From an uncultured Verrucomicrobiota bacterium (GTDB lineage: Bacteria; Verrucomicrobiota; Verrucomicrobiia; Opitutales; Opitutaceae): 40,695 nucleotides of DNA. The notes below the pieces were generated by a model, which was not told the origin of the DNA, ran no database searches, and saw nothing but the letters and a program-made list of their open reading frames with translations. The position numbers were made by a program, and so were the translations under genes. This document shows positions 1-8,914 of the stretch, piece by piece. The stretch spans positions 1-40,695 of the forward strand of contig CAIXIZ010000108.1 in the NCBI GenBank assembly GCA_903919625.1, in the 5' to 3' direction. Within the stretch, counting starts at the first letter, position 1; every line of letters starts with the position of its first letter.

Positions 1-1179
1 ACCTACCTCGGCCTCGGCGTCGCGCTGCCGCACGTCCGCGTCAAGATGGGCCGCCGCTACGTCCTCGCCATCGGCCGCAGCCGCGTCGGCATCCGCCATG
101 ACGGCGCCGTCGACGACGAGCGCGTGCATTTGATTTTCATGCTGATCGCGGGCGAGAAGGCACGCGATTACCTGCAGGTGCTGGCGTCCATTGCCCGCCA
201 GGTGAAGGAGCCGGAGCTGATCGCCAACCTCGTCGGGGCGCCCGACCTCGATGCGCTGCACGAGCGGCTGATTGGCGGCTTTGGCGGCATTCGGCCGGTC
301 CAGACGCAGCAGAATCGCGTCAACCGCCTGATGTTCCGCGAGGCGGAGCGCGTGGCGGCGGGGGCGGATTGCGGGGCGATCATGATTTTCGGCGACACGT
401 TTGTCGGCGGCATCGAGTCGGATGCCGTGCCGACGAAGATGAAGACGATCCTCGTCACCCGGAACCCGATCGAGCCAAGTGAAGACCAGAAGGGCTTCGC
501 CGAGACGATCCAGGTGCGCTCGTTCTCCAGCCAGCGGCTGGCGCAGCTGCGCAGCGCGATGCTCGTGGCCCTGACGCGCGGGATCATCAGCTTCACCGAT
601 CGCGTCTGCTGCGTGGGCGGCATGACCGGGAGCAACCAGTTTGACACGCTCGTGGTCGTCGACGTGGAGCGGGAATTCCAGACGCTGCTCACGGGGCAAA
701 CCGCCGATCTGCTGCCGGAGGACGTCAAACCCGAGGTGCTGGAGCGCGTGATCGCCGTCGCCACCGAGCTGGCGGTGGAAGGGCGGGAGGGCCGGCCGGT
801 CGGCTGCCTCTTTGTCATCGGCGACGTCGAGAAGGTCGAGTCGTTCACCAAGCCCCTCGTGCTGAACCCGTTCTTCGGCTACAAGGAGGAGGACCGGAAC
901 ATCCTCAACCCATTCATGGACGAGACGGTGAAGGAGTTCTCCTCCATCGACGGCGGATTTGTCATTCGCGGGGACGGCGTCGTGGAGTCGGCGGGCAGCC
1001 TCATCCAGGCGGCCGACAGCGACCATGCGCTGCCGAGCGGGCTGGGGAGCCGGCACGCGGCGGCGGCGGCGATCAGTGTCGCGGCGGACTGCCTCTCCGT
1101 GGTGGTCTCCTCCAGCACCAGCCAGGTCGCGCTGTTCCGGCGCGGCGTGATGCTGCCGCTCACGGAAAAACGGCGGTAG
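1..1179 (+). CDS. 5'-truncated multidomain protein: PTS EIIA(Ntr)-like domain, a central alpha/beta domain and a C-terminal DAC (DisA_N, diadenylate-cyclase-like) domain
   Basis: Frame 1 is open from base 1 (TYLGLGVALPHVRVK, an EIIA-type G-x-A-x-PH motif), so the ATG at 46 is internal. The following stretch, HLIFMLIAGEKARDYLQVLASIARQV, is typical of an EIIA_2 C-terminus. The C-terminal third has DAC-like blocks (CLFVIGD, SIDGGFVIRGDG, GLGSRHAAAAAIS). Stop TAG at 1177-1179. Confidence 0.7.
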   Translation, partial: TYLGLGVALPHVRVKMGRRYVLAIGRSRVGIRHDGAVDDERVHLIFMLIAGEKARDYLQVLASIARQVKEPELIANLVGAPDLDALHERLIGGFGGIRPVQTQQNRVNRLMFREAERVAAGADCGAIMIFGDTFVGGIESDAVPTKMKTILVTRNPIEPSEDQKGFAETIQVRSFSSQRLAQLRSAMLVALTRGIISFTDRVCCVGGMTGSNQFDTLVVVDVEREFQTLLTGQTADLLPEDVKPEVLERVIAVATELAVEGREGRPVGCLFVIGDVEKVESFTKPLVLNPFFGYKEEDRNILNPFMDETVKEFSSIDGGFVIRGDGVVESAGSLIQAADSDHALPSGLGSRHAAAAAISVAADCLSVVVSSSTSQVALFRRGVMLPLTEKRR

Positions 1180-1208
1180 GCGGCAAGCGGCTGGCCGGAG
1201 CGGTGCGG

Positions 1209-1655
1209 TCAGCCTCCGGCGGCCGGCGGGGTCCGCCCCTCATTCAGGTCGATCAGCTCAAAGGTGGTGCAGGCCGGATGGCCGGCCAGGCCCGACTCCG
1301 CTTTCTGCTTTTGCAGATAGGCCGAGATGCGGTCATTCCAGCCCAGCTTGCGGGAGTGCTCATTCCAAATGTATGCCTGCGTCCGGCTGGGCCGCAACCC
1401 GCGGGCAAACACCCACTCCACGATGTCGGCATCCGCTCCGCCCTCGCGCACCCGCGCCTCCACTTCCACGAAAGTCACGTTGAGGAAGCCGCAGAGCTGA
1501 CCGTCGAGCCCCACGGCCAGTCCATAGTTGCGGTGATAGTCCGGCGGCAACCGGCCCGCCGCCATGAGACGGATCTTGTCGAGCATCCGGCCAAAATGGT
1601 GCAGCCCGCCGGCGGATTTGTCGCCAGGAGTGCGGAGGTTTTCAACCTGAGCCAT
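1209..1655 (-). CDS. DUF5069-like conserved hypothetical protein
   Basis: ORF 1209..1775. The likely start is the internal ATG at 1655 (MAQVENLRTPGDKSAGGLHHFGRMLDKIRL...), which matches my recollection of the DUF5069 N-terminus. The upstream extension would run toward the divergent esterase gene. Confidence 0.55.
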   Translation of the reverse strand: MAQVENLRTPGDKSAGGLHHFGRMLDKIRLMAAGRLPPDYHRNYGLAVGLDGQLCGFLNVTFVEVEARVREGGADADIVEWVFARGLRPSRTQAYIWNEHSRKLGWNDRISAYLQKQKAESGLAGHPACTTFELIDLNEGRTPPAAGG

Positions 1656-1797
1656 GGCTTGAGCAAACGGCCATGCCCCGGTTTGGCGAAAGTTTCTTTC
1701 CGGAGAATTTTTGAACGCGCCGCCCGCCATGCATTTTGCTTGTGACAGGAGCGGATTGGGATTTTCTGTCGCCACCCTGTCACTTCGCCTTCACCCC

Positions 1798-3273
1798 ATG
1801 AAAATGACCCCGCTTCGCCCTGTCCTGCTGCTTGCCCTCGCCGTTTCCCTCGGCTCCGTGCCCGCCAGCTTTGGTGCCGGTGGCCGCGCCGCCGGCGCCC
1901 CCCCCGGAGCGAACCCGCTGGCCATCGAGAACCTGACTACGGCGCTCACCCTGACCGAAGCGCAGGTGGCCCAGCTCACCCCGCTCCTTGCTGCCATCGC
2001 CCAGGGGCAGCAGGCGGTGACGGACGCCCAGACCAACCTCACCACGGTGCGTAACGCCAGCCTGGCCCAAATCAGCACCCTGCTGTCGGATGCCCAAAAA
2101 ACCCAGCTGGCCACGCTGAGCGCCCCCCGGGGCGGGGCGCGCCAGGGCGGCGGTGGCATTCCCACCCGCACCCCCAACGCGCCCGGCACGCCGCTGCTCA
2201 TCCCGGCCGGCCCCAATGCCGAGGCGCTCGCCGCGGCGGTGCAAAAAAAATCCTCCAATCTCGCCGATGCCACCGCCGACACCAAGGTGCAGGGCGCGCC
2301 CGGGGCCAATCCGCCACTACACGCCGAGGGGGATTTCGTCATCGGCCCAAACTATGTGCGGGCGCCGGAGCTGACTGTCGCCGAGGGCGTGCCGAAGGGA
2401 ACCACCATCACCTTCAGCATGAGCTCGACTGACAGCAAAATTTATCCCGGCATCGCCCGCGTCGGCAACAACACGGTGGACCCCAGCAATCCCTACACGC
2501 TGGTGGTGAGCACCCGGCCCAACACCTACACCCGAGTGATCTCGGTCTATGTCCCCGCCGGCTATGTCCCTGGCACGCCGGCCCCGCTCATGGTCGGGTT
2601 TGATGGCGCCGGCTACCTGCCCGCCGCCGTGTTCGACAACCTCATCGCCCAGCACCGCATCCCGCCGCTGGTCGCGGTGGGCGTCAACCATGGCGGCGGC
2701 GACGCCCAGGGCAGCCAGCGCGGCCTCGAATACGACACGATGTCCGGCCAGCTGGCCGAGTTCGTCGAGACCGAGGTGCTGCCGCTCGTGGAGAAAAACG
2801 CCCACGTCACCATCACCAAGGATCCCGACGGCCGCGGGGCCATCGGCGGCAGCTCGGGCGCGGCTGCCGCGCTCTCGATGGCGTGGTATCGCCCCGACCT
2901 TTACCACCGGATCATCTCCTACTCCGGCCCCTTTGTGAACCAGCAGTGGCCGTGCTACCCCGAAACGCCGCACGGCGCGTGGGGCTACCACGAGAGCCTC
3001 ATCGCGCAGAGCGCGCCGAAGCCCATCCGCATCTGGATGGAGGTCGGCGACAAGGACCTGTTCAATCCGAACGTCATGCGCGACAACATGCATGACTGGG
3101 TCGAGGCGAACAACCACATGGCCGCCGTGCTGCGCGCCAGAGGCTACCATTACCAATACGCCTTCGCGCTCAACGCGGGCCATGTGGACAGCGCCGCCCG
3201 CAACCAGACCTACGCCGAGGCCTACGAGTGGGTCTGGCAGGGCTACAAACCCGCCGCCCCGGCGAAACCCTGA
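1798..3273 (+). CDS. Secreted esterase (enterochelin-esterase / putative-esterase alpha/beta-hydrolase fold) with an N-terminal LTXXQ-like helical extension
   Basis: Signal peptide MKMTPLRPVLLLALAVSLGSVPASFG from the ATG at 1798. Nucleophile-elbow-like GGSSGA, then YSG and a C-terminal GH. The N-terminus has LTEAQVAQL and LSDAQKTQL (LTXXQ-like). Confidence 0.65.
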   Translation: MKMTPLRPVLLLALAVSLGSVPASFGAGGRAAGAPPGANPLAIENLTTALTLTEAQVAQLTPLLAAIAQGQQAVTDAQTNLTTVRNASLAQISTLLSDAQKTQLATLSAPRGGARQGGGGIPTRTPNAPGTPLLIPAGPNAEALAAAVQKKSSNLADATADTKVQGAPGANPPLHAEGDFVIGPNYVRAPELTVAEGVPKGTTITFSMSSTDSKIYPGIARVGNNTVDPSNPYTLVVSTRPNTYTRVISVYVPAGYVPGTPAPLMVGFDGAGYLPAAVFDNLIAQHRIPPLVAVGVNHGGGDAQGSQRGLEYDTMSGQLAEFVETEVLPLVEKNAHVTITKDPDGRGAIGGSSGAAAALSMAWYRPDLYHRIISYSGPFVNQQWPCYPETPHGAWGYHESLIAQSAPKPIRIWMEVGDKDLFNPNVMRDNMHDWVEANNHMAAVLRARGYHYQYAFALNAGHVDSAARNQTYAEAYEWVWQGYKPAAPAKP

Positions 3274-3305
3274 GCGCCCTCCCCCTGCCTGTCCCGGCTT
3301 ACCAA

Positions 3306-6300
3306 ATGCGGAAAAAACTGCTGCTGCTTGTCTCAGGGCCAACGACGTTGGCCGGGTTCGCGCTGCTCTGGTCGGCGTGCGCGACGTCTTCGTCAACCAC
3401 TGGCGCGACGGAGCGGCAGGAGCGGAAACAGCTGGCTGCCGGCTTTGACACGACGGTCAGACCCTTTGTCCAGACCTATTGCACCGAGTGCCACAGCGGC
3501 CCGAAACCCGAAGCGGGGCTCGATCTTGGCGGCTTTGCCAGCCTGGACGCCGTCACGAATGACACCGCCCACTGGAGCCTGGTCTGGGAACGGCTGAAGG
3601 CCGGCGAAATGCCGCCGGACGAGGCGAAAAAGCATCCCGCCCCCGCGCAGGCCGCACCGGTCGTCGCCTGGCTGGAAACCATGCGGACCTCGGAGGCCCG
3701 CCGCCACGCCGGTGACCCCGGCCTCGTGCTCGCCCGGCGGCTGAGCAATGCGGAATTTGATTACACCATCCGCGACCTGACCGGCGTGGACATCCGCCCG
3801 GCCAGGGAATTTCCGGTCGATCCGGCCAATGAGGCGGGCTTTGACAATTCCGGCGAGTCGCTCGCGATGTCGCCGTCGCTCGTGAAAAAATATCTCGAGG
3901 CCGCGCGGCTGGTGGCCGACCACCTCGTGTTCAAGCCCGACGGTCTGGCCTTCGCCCCGTTCCCGGTGGTGACAGACGAGGACCGGGGCAAATACGCCGT
4001 CAACCGCATCGTGGATTTTTACAAACGCCAGAGCCTGAACGTCGCCAGCCAGTCCGGCAACTATTTGGCGCAATCGGTGGATTATACCGGCTATTTTGCC
4101 GCCGCGTGGCGCTTCCAGCACCGCGCCGAACTCGGCCGGCCCGGCGCCACGCTGGCCGACTTCGCCAAAGCTGCGGGCCTCAGCCCCAAATATCTGGGCA
4201 AAGTATGGGACGCGCTGACCGCCATCGGCGAAGAACGCGGGCCGATCGCAGCCATTCAGGACCGGTGGCGGAAATTACCCCCGCCGGCCAACGGCCGGGA
4301 GCCGGTGGAAGTGGCCACGGCCAGCCGGCAGATCAATGCCTTCATCGTGGAGCTGCGTCCGTTTGTGCAGCCCCAGATCGCCAATCTGGTGCCCAATGAC
4401 CGCATTGTGGCCGCCGGCTCGCAGACCATGGTGCTTTGGAAGGACCGGCAATTCGCCACCAACCGCATGGCCTATCCCGCCGGCCAGGCGTTGCAGGTGG
4501 ACATGACCTATTACAGCGCCACCGATCCGCTCATGCTGATCCCGTCGGAGGCCGCCGCCCGTGAGCGTTATGAGGCATCGTTCAGGAAATTTTGCGCAAT
4601 TTTTCCGGATGCCTTTGCCGTATGGGAGCGGGCCCGGATGTTTCTGACCAACCCGCGCGACATCACCACGGATCTGCAGGGGCACCGGCTGCTCACGGCC
4701 GGATTCCACAGCCAGATGGGCTATTTCCGGGACGACGCACCGCTCTGTGAACTGGTGCTCGATGAGGCGCAGCAACGTGAGCTCGACCGGCTCTGGCAGG
4801 AGCTGGATTTCGTCGCCCTGGTTCCCTACCGGCAGCTCAAGGAGTTCATCTGGTTTGAACGGGCGGAACCACCGAGCCTGATGCTCGCCCCGGAGTTCAA
4901 CCTTTTCCGGTCAGAGGACGAAGACATCACCACCGAGGCCAAGCTCCGGCAGATGGCCTCCGTCTATGTCACAAAGGTCAAGGACAGCAATCTCAACGCG
5001 GCGGCGTTGCAGGCGGTTGAGGATTATTTTACGAACATGAATGACTCCATCCGCGCCCTGGACCGTGCGCGGGCGGCCGCGGAACCGGTGCAGCTCCGGT
5101 CACTCCTGCAGTGGGCGGAACGCGCGTGGCGCCGGCCGCTCACGCGGGCGGAACAGGAAGATGTGCTCGCGTTTTACCATTCCCTGCGGGCGGAGAAACT
5201 TGGCCATGAGGACGCGATCCGCGATTCCGTGGTCAGCCTGCTGATGTCCCCCAGCTTCAGCTTCCGGATCGCGCTGCCCGGCCTCGCCGACCAGCCCGCC
5301 ACAGCGACCGGGCGCACCGGCAAATATGCCAGCCTGATCCACGCGGCGCCGGCCGCCGACGTGGAACCACTGGGCGACTACGAACTGGCCAGCCGCCTCA
5401 GTTATTTTCTCTGGTCCAGCATGCCGGACGCCCAGCTCCTCGCCCATGCCGCCGCCGGCGAGCTGCACCGGCCCGAGGTGCTGGCCGCCGAAGCGCGCCG
5501 CATGATGGCGGATGACCGCATCCGCGGGCTGGCCACCGAATTTGGCGGCAACTGGCTCGATATCCGCCGCTTTGAGGAGCATAATGCCGTCGACCGCGCG
5601 CGGTTCCCCGAGTTTACCAACGAGCTGCGGTCCGCCATGTTTGAGGAGCCGATGCGGTTTTTCACCGAGCTGGTGCGCCACGACGGCTCGGTGCTGGATT
5701 TCATCTACGGAAATTACACCTTTGTGAATCCCGTGCTGGCCAAACACTATGCAATGCCCCTGCCCGCCACGGCGGCGGCCAATGACGGCTGGATCCGCGT
5801 GGACCAGGCCGACCAATATGCGCGCGGCGGCCTGCTGCCCATGGCGGCGTTTCTCACCAAAAATGCCCCCGGCCTTCGCACCAGTCCGGTCAAGCGCGGC
5901 CATTGGGTTGTCACCAAACTGCTGGGCGAACGCATTCCCGCCCCGCCGCCCAACGTCCCCGTCCTCCCCACCGACGAGACCAAGCTCGGCGACCTGACGC
6001 TCCGCCAGACACTCGCCCGGCATCGCGAGGACAAAACCTGCGCCAGCTGCCACAACAAGTTCGACTCGTTCGGTCTCGTCTTTGAAGGCTACGGCCCCGT
6101 CGGCGAGGTGCGCGCCAAGGACCTCGCCGGACGGCCGGTGCAGATTGACGCGACCTTTCCCGATGGCACCGACGAGGTGGGGCTCGCCGGTCTGAAGGAT
6201 TATTTTCGCACGAAGGTACAGGACGAATTTCTCGACAACCTCACCCGCAAACTCACGGCGTACGCCCTGGGGCGCACCCTCCTGCTCTCGGATGACCTCC

Positions 6301-6434
6301 TCATCGCCGACCTGAAGGGCCGGCTCGCCGCCAACCAGTACCGTTTCGGCACGCTCGTGGAATATCTTGTCACGAGCCCGCAATTCCGTAACAAGAGGGT
6401 CTCGGCCAGCCCGGCCGGCATCGCCAACAACTGA
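3306..6434 (+). CDS. Large PVC-type DUF1587/DUF1592/DUF1595/DUF1588/DUF1585 protein with cytochrome-c-like CXXCH motifs
   Basis: Signal/lipoprotein-like N-terminus MRKKLLLLVSGPTTLAGFALLWSACA from the ATG at 3306. CTECH occurs near the N-terminus and CASCH near the C-terminus. The length and the adjacent DUF1552 partner are typical of this family. Confidence 0.8.
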   Translation: MRKKLLLLVSGPTTLAGFALLWSACATSSSTTGATERQERKQLAAGFDTTVRPFVQTYCTECHSGPKPEAGLDLGGFASLDAVTNDTAHWSLVWERLKAGEMPPDEAKKHPAPAQAAPVVAWLETMRTSEARRHAGDPGLVLARRLSNAEFDYTIRDLTGVDIRPAREFPVDPANEAGFDNSGESLAMSPSLVKKYLEAARLVADHLVFKPDGLAFAPFPVVTDEDRGKYAVNRIVDFYKRQSLNVASQSGNYLAQSVDYTGYFAAAWRFQHRAELGRPGATLADFAKAAGLSPKYLGKVWDALTAIGEERGPIAAIQDRWRKLPPPANGREPVEVATASRQINAFIVELRPFVQPQIANLVPNDRIVAAGSQTMVLWKDRQFATNRMAYPAGQALQVDMTYYSATDPLMLIPSEAAARERYEASFRKFCAIFPDAFAVWERARMFLTNPRDITTDLQGHRLLTAGFHSQMGYFRDDAPLCELVLDEAQQRELDRLWQELDFVALVPYRQLKEFIWFERAEPPSLMLAPEFNLFRSEDEDITTEAKLRQMASVYVTKVKDSNLNAAALQAVEDYFTNMNDSIRALDRARAAAEPVQLRSLLQWAERAWRRPLTRAEQEDVLAFYHSLRAEKLGHEDAIRDSVVSLLMSPSFSFRIALPGLADQPATATGRTGKYASLIHAAPAADVEPLGDYELASRLSYFLWSSMPDAQLLAHAAAGELHRPEVLAAEARRMMADDRIRGLATEFGGNWLDIRRFEEHNAVDRARFPEFTNELRSAMFEEPMRFFTELVRHDGSVLDFIYGNYTFVNPVLAKHYAMPLPATAAANDGWIRVDQADQYARGGLLPMAAFLTKNAPGLRTSPVKRGHWVVTKLLGERIPAPPPNVPVLPTDETKLGDLTLRQTLARHREDKTCASCHNKFDSFGLVFEGYGPVGEVRAKDLAGRPVQIDATFPDGTDEVGLAGLKDYFRTKVQDEFLDNLTRKLTAYALGRTLLLSDDLLIADLKGRLAANQYRFGTLVEYLVTSPQFRNKRVSASPAGIANN

Positions 6435-6438
6435 CCCC

Positions 6439-7806
6439 ATGCGCGACCCCAACGAAAAATCCGCCGCCGCCTTCCAGCACCGCATTTCGCGCCGGAAATT
6501 TCTGCGCGGTGCGGGGGTCGTGATGGCGCTCCCCTGGCTGGAGTCGCTGCCCGTCTGGGGCGCCGACACGGTCACCAAGGCCGGCGTGCCGGCCGCCGCC
6601 CCCAAGCGGCTCGCGGTGATGTTCATGGCCAACGGCGTAAACCAGAAATACTGGACCGCTTCCGCGGCCGCGGACGGTGGGATGCAGCTCGGCGAGGCGC
6701 TCAAGCCGCTCGAGCCCATCAAACACCGGATCAACTACATTAAGGGACTCTACAACAAGGCGGCCACCAATGTCGGCATCCATCCCGGCATGACCGGCAA
6801 TCTGCTGTCGGGAGCGCCGCTCATGAAGGGGGCCGAGCTCCATGGCGGAGTCAGCATGGACCAGGTGCTGGCGCAGCACATTGGCGACCAGACGGTGCAG
6901 CCCAGCCTTGTCCTCGGCTGCGAACAGCCGGTCACGGGTTACCACGAGACCAATTTCTCGATGGCCTACAGCTCGCACATCTCCTGGCAGACCCCCACCT
7001 CGCCCGTGCCGATGGAGGTCTATCCCTCGCTTGCCTTCGACAGCCTCTTTGACAACCGCGGCGACCAGCGCAACCAAAGCGTGCTTGACCGGGTGATGGC
7101 GCAGGCCGCCACCCTCCGCCGCCAGGTGAGCTCGACCGACAAGGCCAAGCTGGACGAGTACCTCACCAGCGTCCGCGAGGTCGAGCAACGCGCCGAAAAC
7201 ATGCGCGCCGCCAAAGCCCGCGCCGATGCCAGCGCCCGCGACCGCGGCACCGGCCCGGCGATGATCACGATGAAACGGCCCGACAACGGCCTGCCCGAGG
7301 ACATCCGCGAGCACATGCGCCTCATGTGCGACATCCTCGCGCTCGCGCTCCAGACCGACAAGACCCGCATCGCGACCCTGCTGCTCTGCCGCGACATCTC
7401 CGGCCTGTTTTACCCGGTCATCGAAGGTGCGAAACTGGCCCACCATCTCGCCAGCCATGAGGACGACGATGCGTTCATGCGCATCAACCAGTTTTACGTC
7501 AGCCAGTTTGCCTATCTCACCAACCGGCTGGCGGCTATGCCGGAGGGCGAGGGCACGGTACTGGACAATTCCTGCATCGTTTTCATGTCCAACATGTGGT
7601 CGGGCTCCAAGCATGACAGCACCAAGGTCCCGATGCTCACCTCGGGCTCGCTCGGCGGCACCATTCAGACCGGCCGGGTGCTCGACTACACCAATTCCGG
7701 CGACGAAAACCGCAAACTGTGCAGCCTCTATCTCTCGCTGATGGACCGCATGGATGTGAAGCTCGACAAATTCGGCGACGCCACCACGCGTCTCGCCGGG
7801 ATTTGA
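6439..7806 (+). CDS. DUF1552 family protein with a Tat-type signal
   Basis: The ATG at 6439 lies 5 nt after the upstream stop. Twin-arginine signal RISRRKFLRGAGVVMALPWLESLP. It is the canonical partner of DUF1592 proteins. Confidence 0.8.
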   Translation: MRDPNEKSAAAFQHRISRRKFLRGAGVVMALPWLESLPVWGADTVTKAGVPAAAPKRLAVMFMANGVNQKYWTASAAADGGMQLGEALKPLEPIKHRINYIKGLYNKAATNVGIHPGMTGNLLSGAPLMKGAELHGGVSMDQVLAQHIGDQTVQPSLVLGCEQPVTGYHETNFSMAYSSHISWQTPTSPVPMEVYPSLAFDSLFDNRGDQRNQSVLDRVMAQAATLRRQVSSTDKAKLDEYLTSVREVEQRAENMRAAKARADASARDRGTGPAMITMKRPDNGLPEDIREHMRLMCDILALALQTDKTRIATLLLCRDISGLFYPVIEGAKLAHHLASHEDDDAFMRINQFYVSQFAYLTNRLAAMPEGEGTVLDNSCIVFMSNMWSGSKHDSTKVPMLTSGSLGGTIQTGRVLDYTNSGDENRKLCSLYLSLMDRMDVKLDKFGDATTRLAGI

Positions 7807-7858
7807 CGGCTCGCAAATCGGAGCGGTGGCCTTCCGGCCGCCGGGATTTTCCGAATGG

Positions 7859-7992
7859 AGCCGGGACGCCCCCGGCCCGGTTTTCGGCTGTAGGCCAGGT
7901 CGCTGACCTGGCGTATGCCGGACCAGCCAGCTTACCGAGCTGGCCTACGGCAGACCGAGCCTGAGGTGGAGCGCGTTGACCCCAACGCGCTG
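7859..7992. repeat. REP-like cluster of nested palindromes, including an inverted copy of the hairpin box found four times at 34.25-34.65 kb
   Basis: Hairpins: GCCGGG-N5-CCCGGC (7859-7875), GCCAGGTC-GCT-GACCTGGC (7893-7911) and GCCAGCT-N5-AGCTGGC (7925-7943). Outer inverted repeat CTGTAGGCCAG / CTGGCCTACGG. AGGTGGAGCGCGTTGACCCCAACGCGCTGG (7963-7992) is the reverse complement of the CAGCNCGTTRGGGACAACGCGCTCCACCT box. Confidence 0.55.
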
Positions 7993-8094
7993 GCTTGGCC
8001 CGGTCTTTTGCGCTCATCGCGGCCGGCTCTGACCATCCTCCCTTCCCGGTGGTTGATTTATCCGCGCCCTTCCGCGTAATCAGCGGAAACTCCT

Positions 8095-8772
8095 GTGGAA
8101 AATTCACCTGTCCCCTCCCCAGCCCTGTCCGCCTCACCGTCGCTTTCCGCGCTGGAAGCGCGCGTGCTGGGCTGCCTGATCGAGAAGGAGCTGACTACGC
8201 CGGATGTCTGCCCGCTCACCCTCAACTCCCTCGTCAACGCCTGCAACCAGCGCAGCAATCGCGACCCGGTGCTCGACGTGGCCTCGCGGGAGGTCGAGAC
8301 GGGGCTCGACGGCCTGCGGCACCGGCGGCTCGCAACCGTGTTTGCCGGAGCCGATGCGCGGGTGCCCAAATTTCGCCAGACCCTCGACCAGGTCTATCCG
8401 CTGGAGGCCGGCGCCCGGGTCGTGCTCTGCGAACTGCTGTTGCGCGGACCGCAGACCACGGCGGAGCTCCGCACCCGCACGGAACGCATGCTGCCGCTGT
8501 CGGCGGAGGAAATTGAGGCCCACCTCCAGGCACTGGCCGCCCGTCCCGAGGGCGCATTGGCCCGCCGGCTGTCCCGGCAACGCGGACAAAAGGAGGCACG
8601 CTGGGCGCAATTGCTGACCGGTGAACCGGCGGCAGCCCCGGCCGACGAACCGCTGTCGGTCGCACTCATGCTTCCGCCGGAAACCGAGCAACGGCTGGCC
8701 GCGTTGGAGGCGGATGTGGCACGCCTGAGTCAGGAGGTCGAGACGCTCCGGCGGGCTTTAGGCGACGCTTAA
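8095..8772 (+). CDS. yceH: YceH/DUF480 (UPF0502) family protein
   Basis: GTG start at 8095. LSALEARVLGCLIEKELTTPDVCPLTLNSLVNACNQRSNRDPV and LLLRGPQTTAELRTR align closely with E. coli YceH as I recall it. Confidence 0.75.
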   Translation: MENSPVPSPALSASPSLSALEARVLGCLIEKELTTPDVCPLTLNSLVNACNQRSNRDPVLDVASREVETGLDGLRHRRLATVFAGADARVPKFRQTLDQVYPLEAGARVVLCELLLRGPQTTAELRTRTERMLPLSAEEIEAHLQALAARPEGALARRLSRQRGQKEARWAQLLTGEPAAAPADEPLSVALMLPPETEQRLAALEADVARLSQEVETLRRALGDA

Positions 8773-8914
8773 CCCACTGGGAAACGTCTTGGGTTGCCCG
8801 GTGATTCCTCCAGCCATACTGATTCCAATCTCCGCCCCGGTTTGAGCCCCGGAACTTTGAGGTTGCACCCGACGGGAAGAAGCGGTGTCCTGACCCCTCA
8901 GCCAATTTAACACC

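Noticed and set aside
5100-7614. 544-aa and 414-aa minus-strand ORFs (5100..6734, 6370..7614)
   Set aside because: They are antisense to the DUF1592 and DUF1552 genes and have no motifs. The composition is typical of shadow ORFs.
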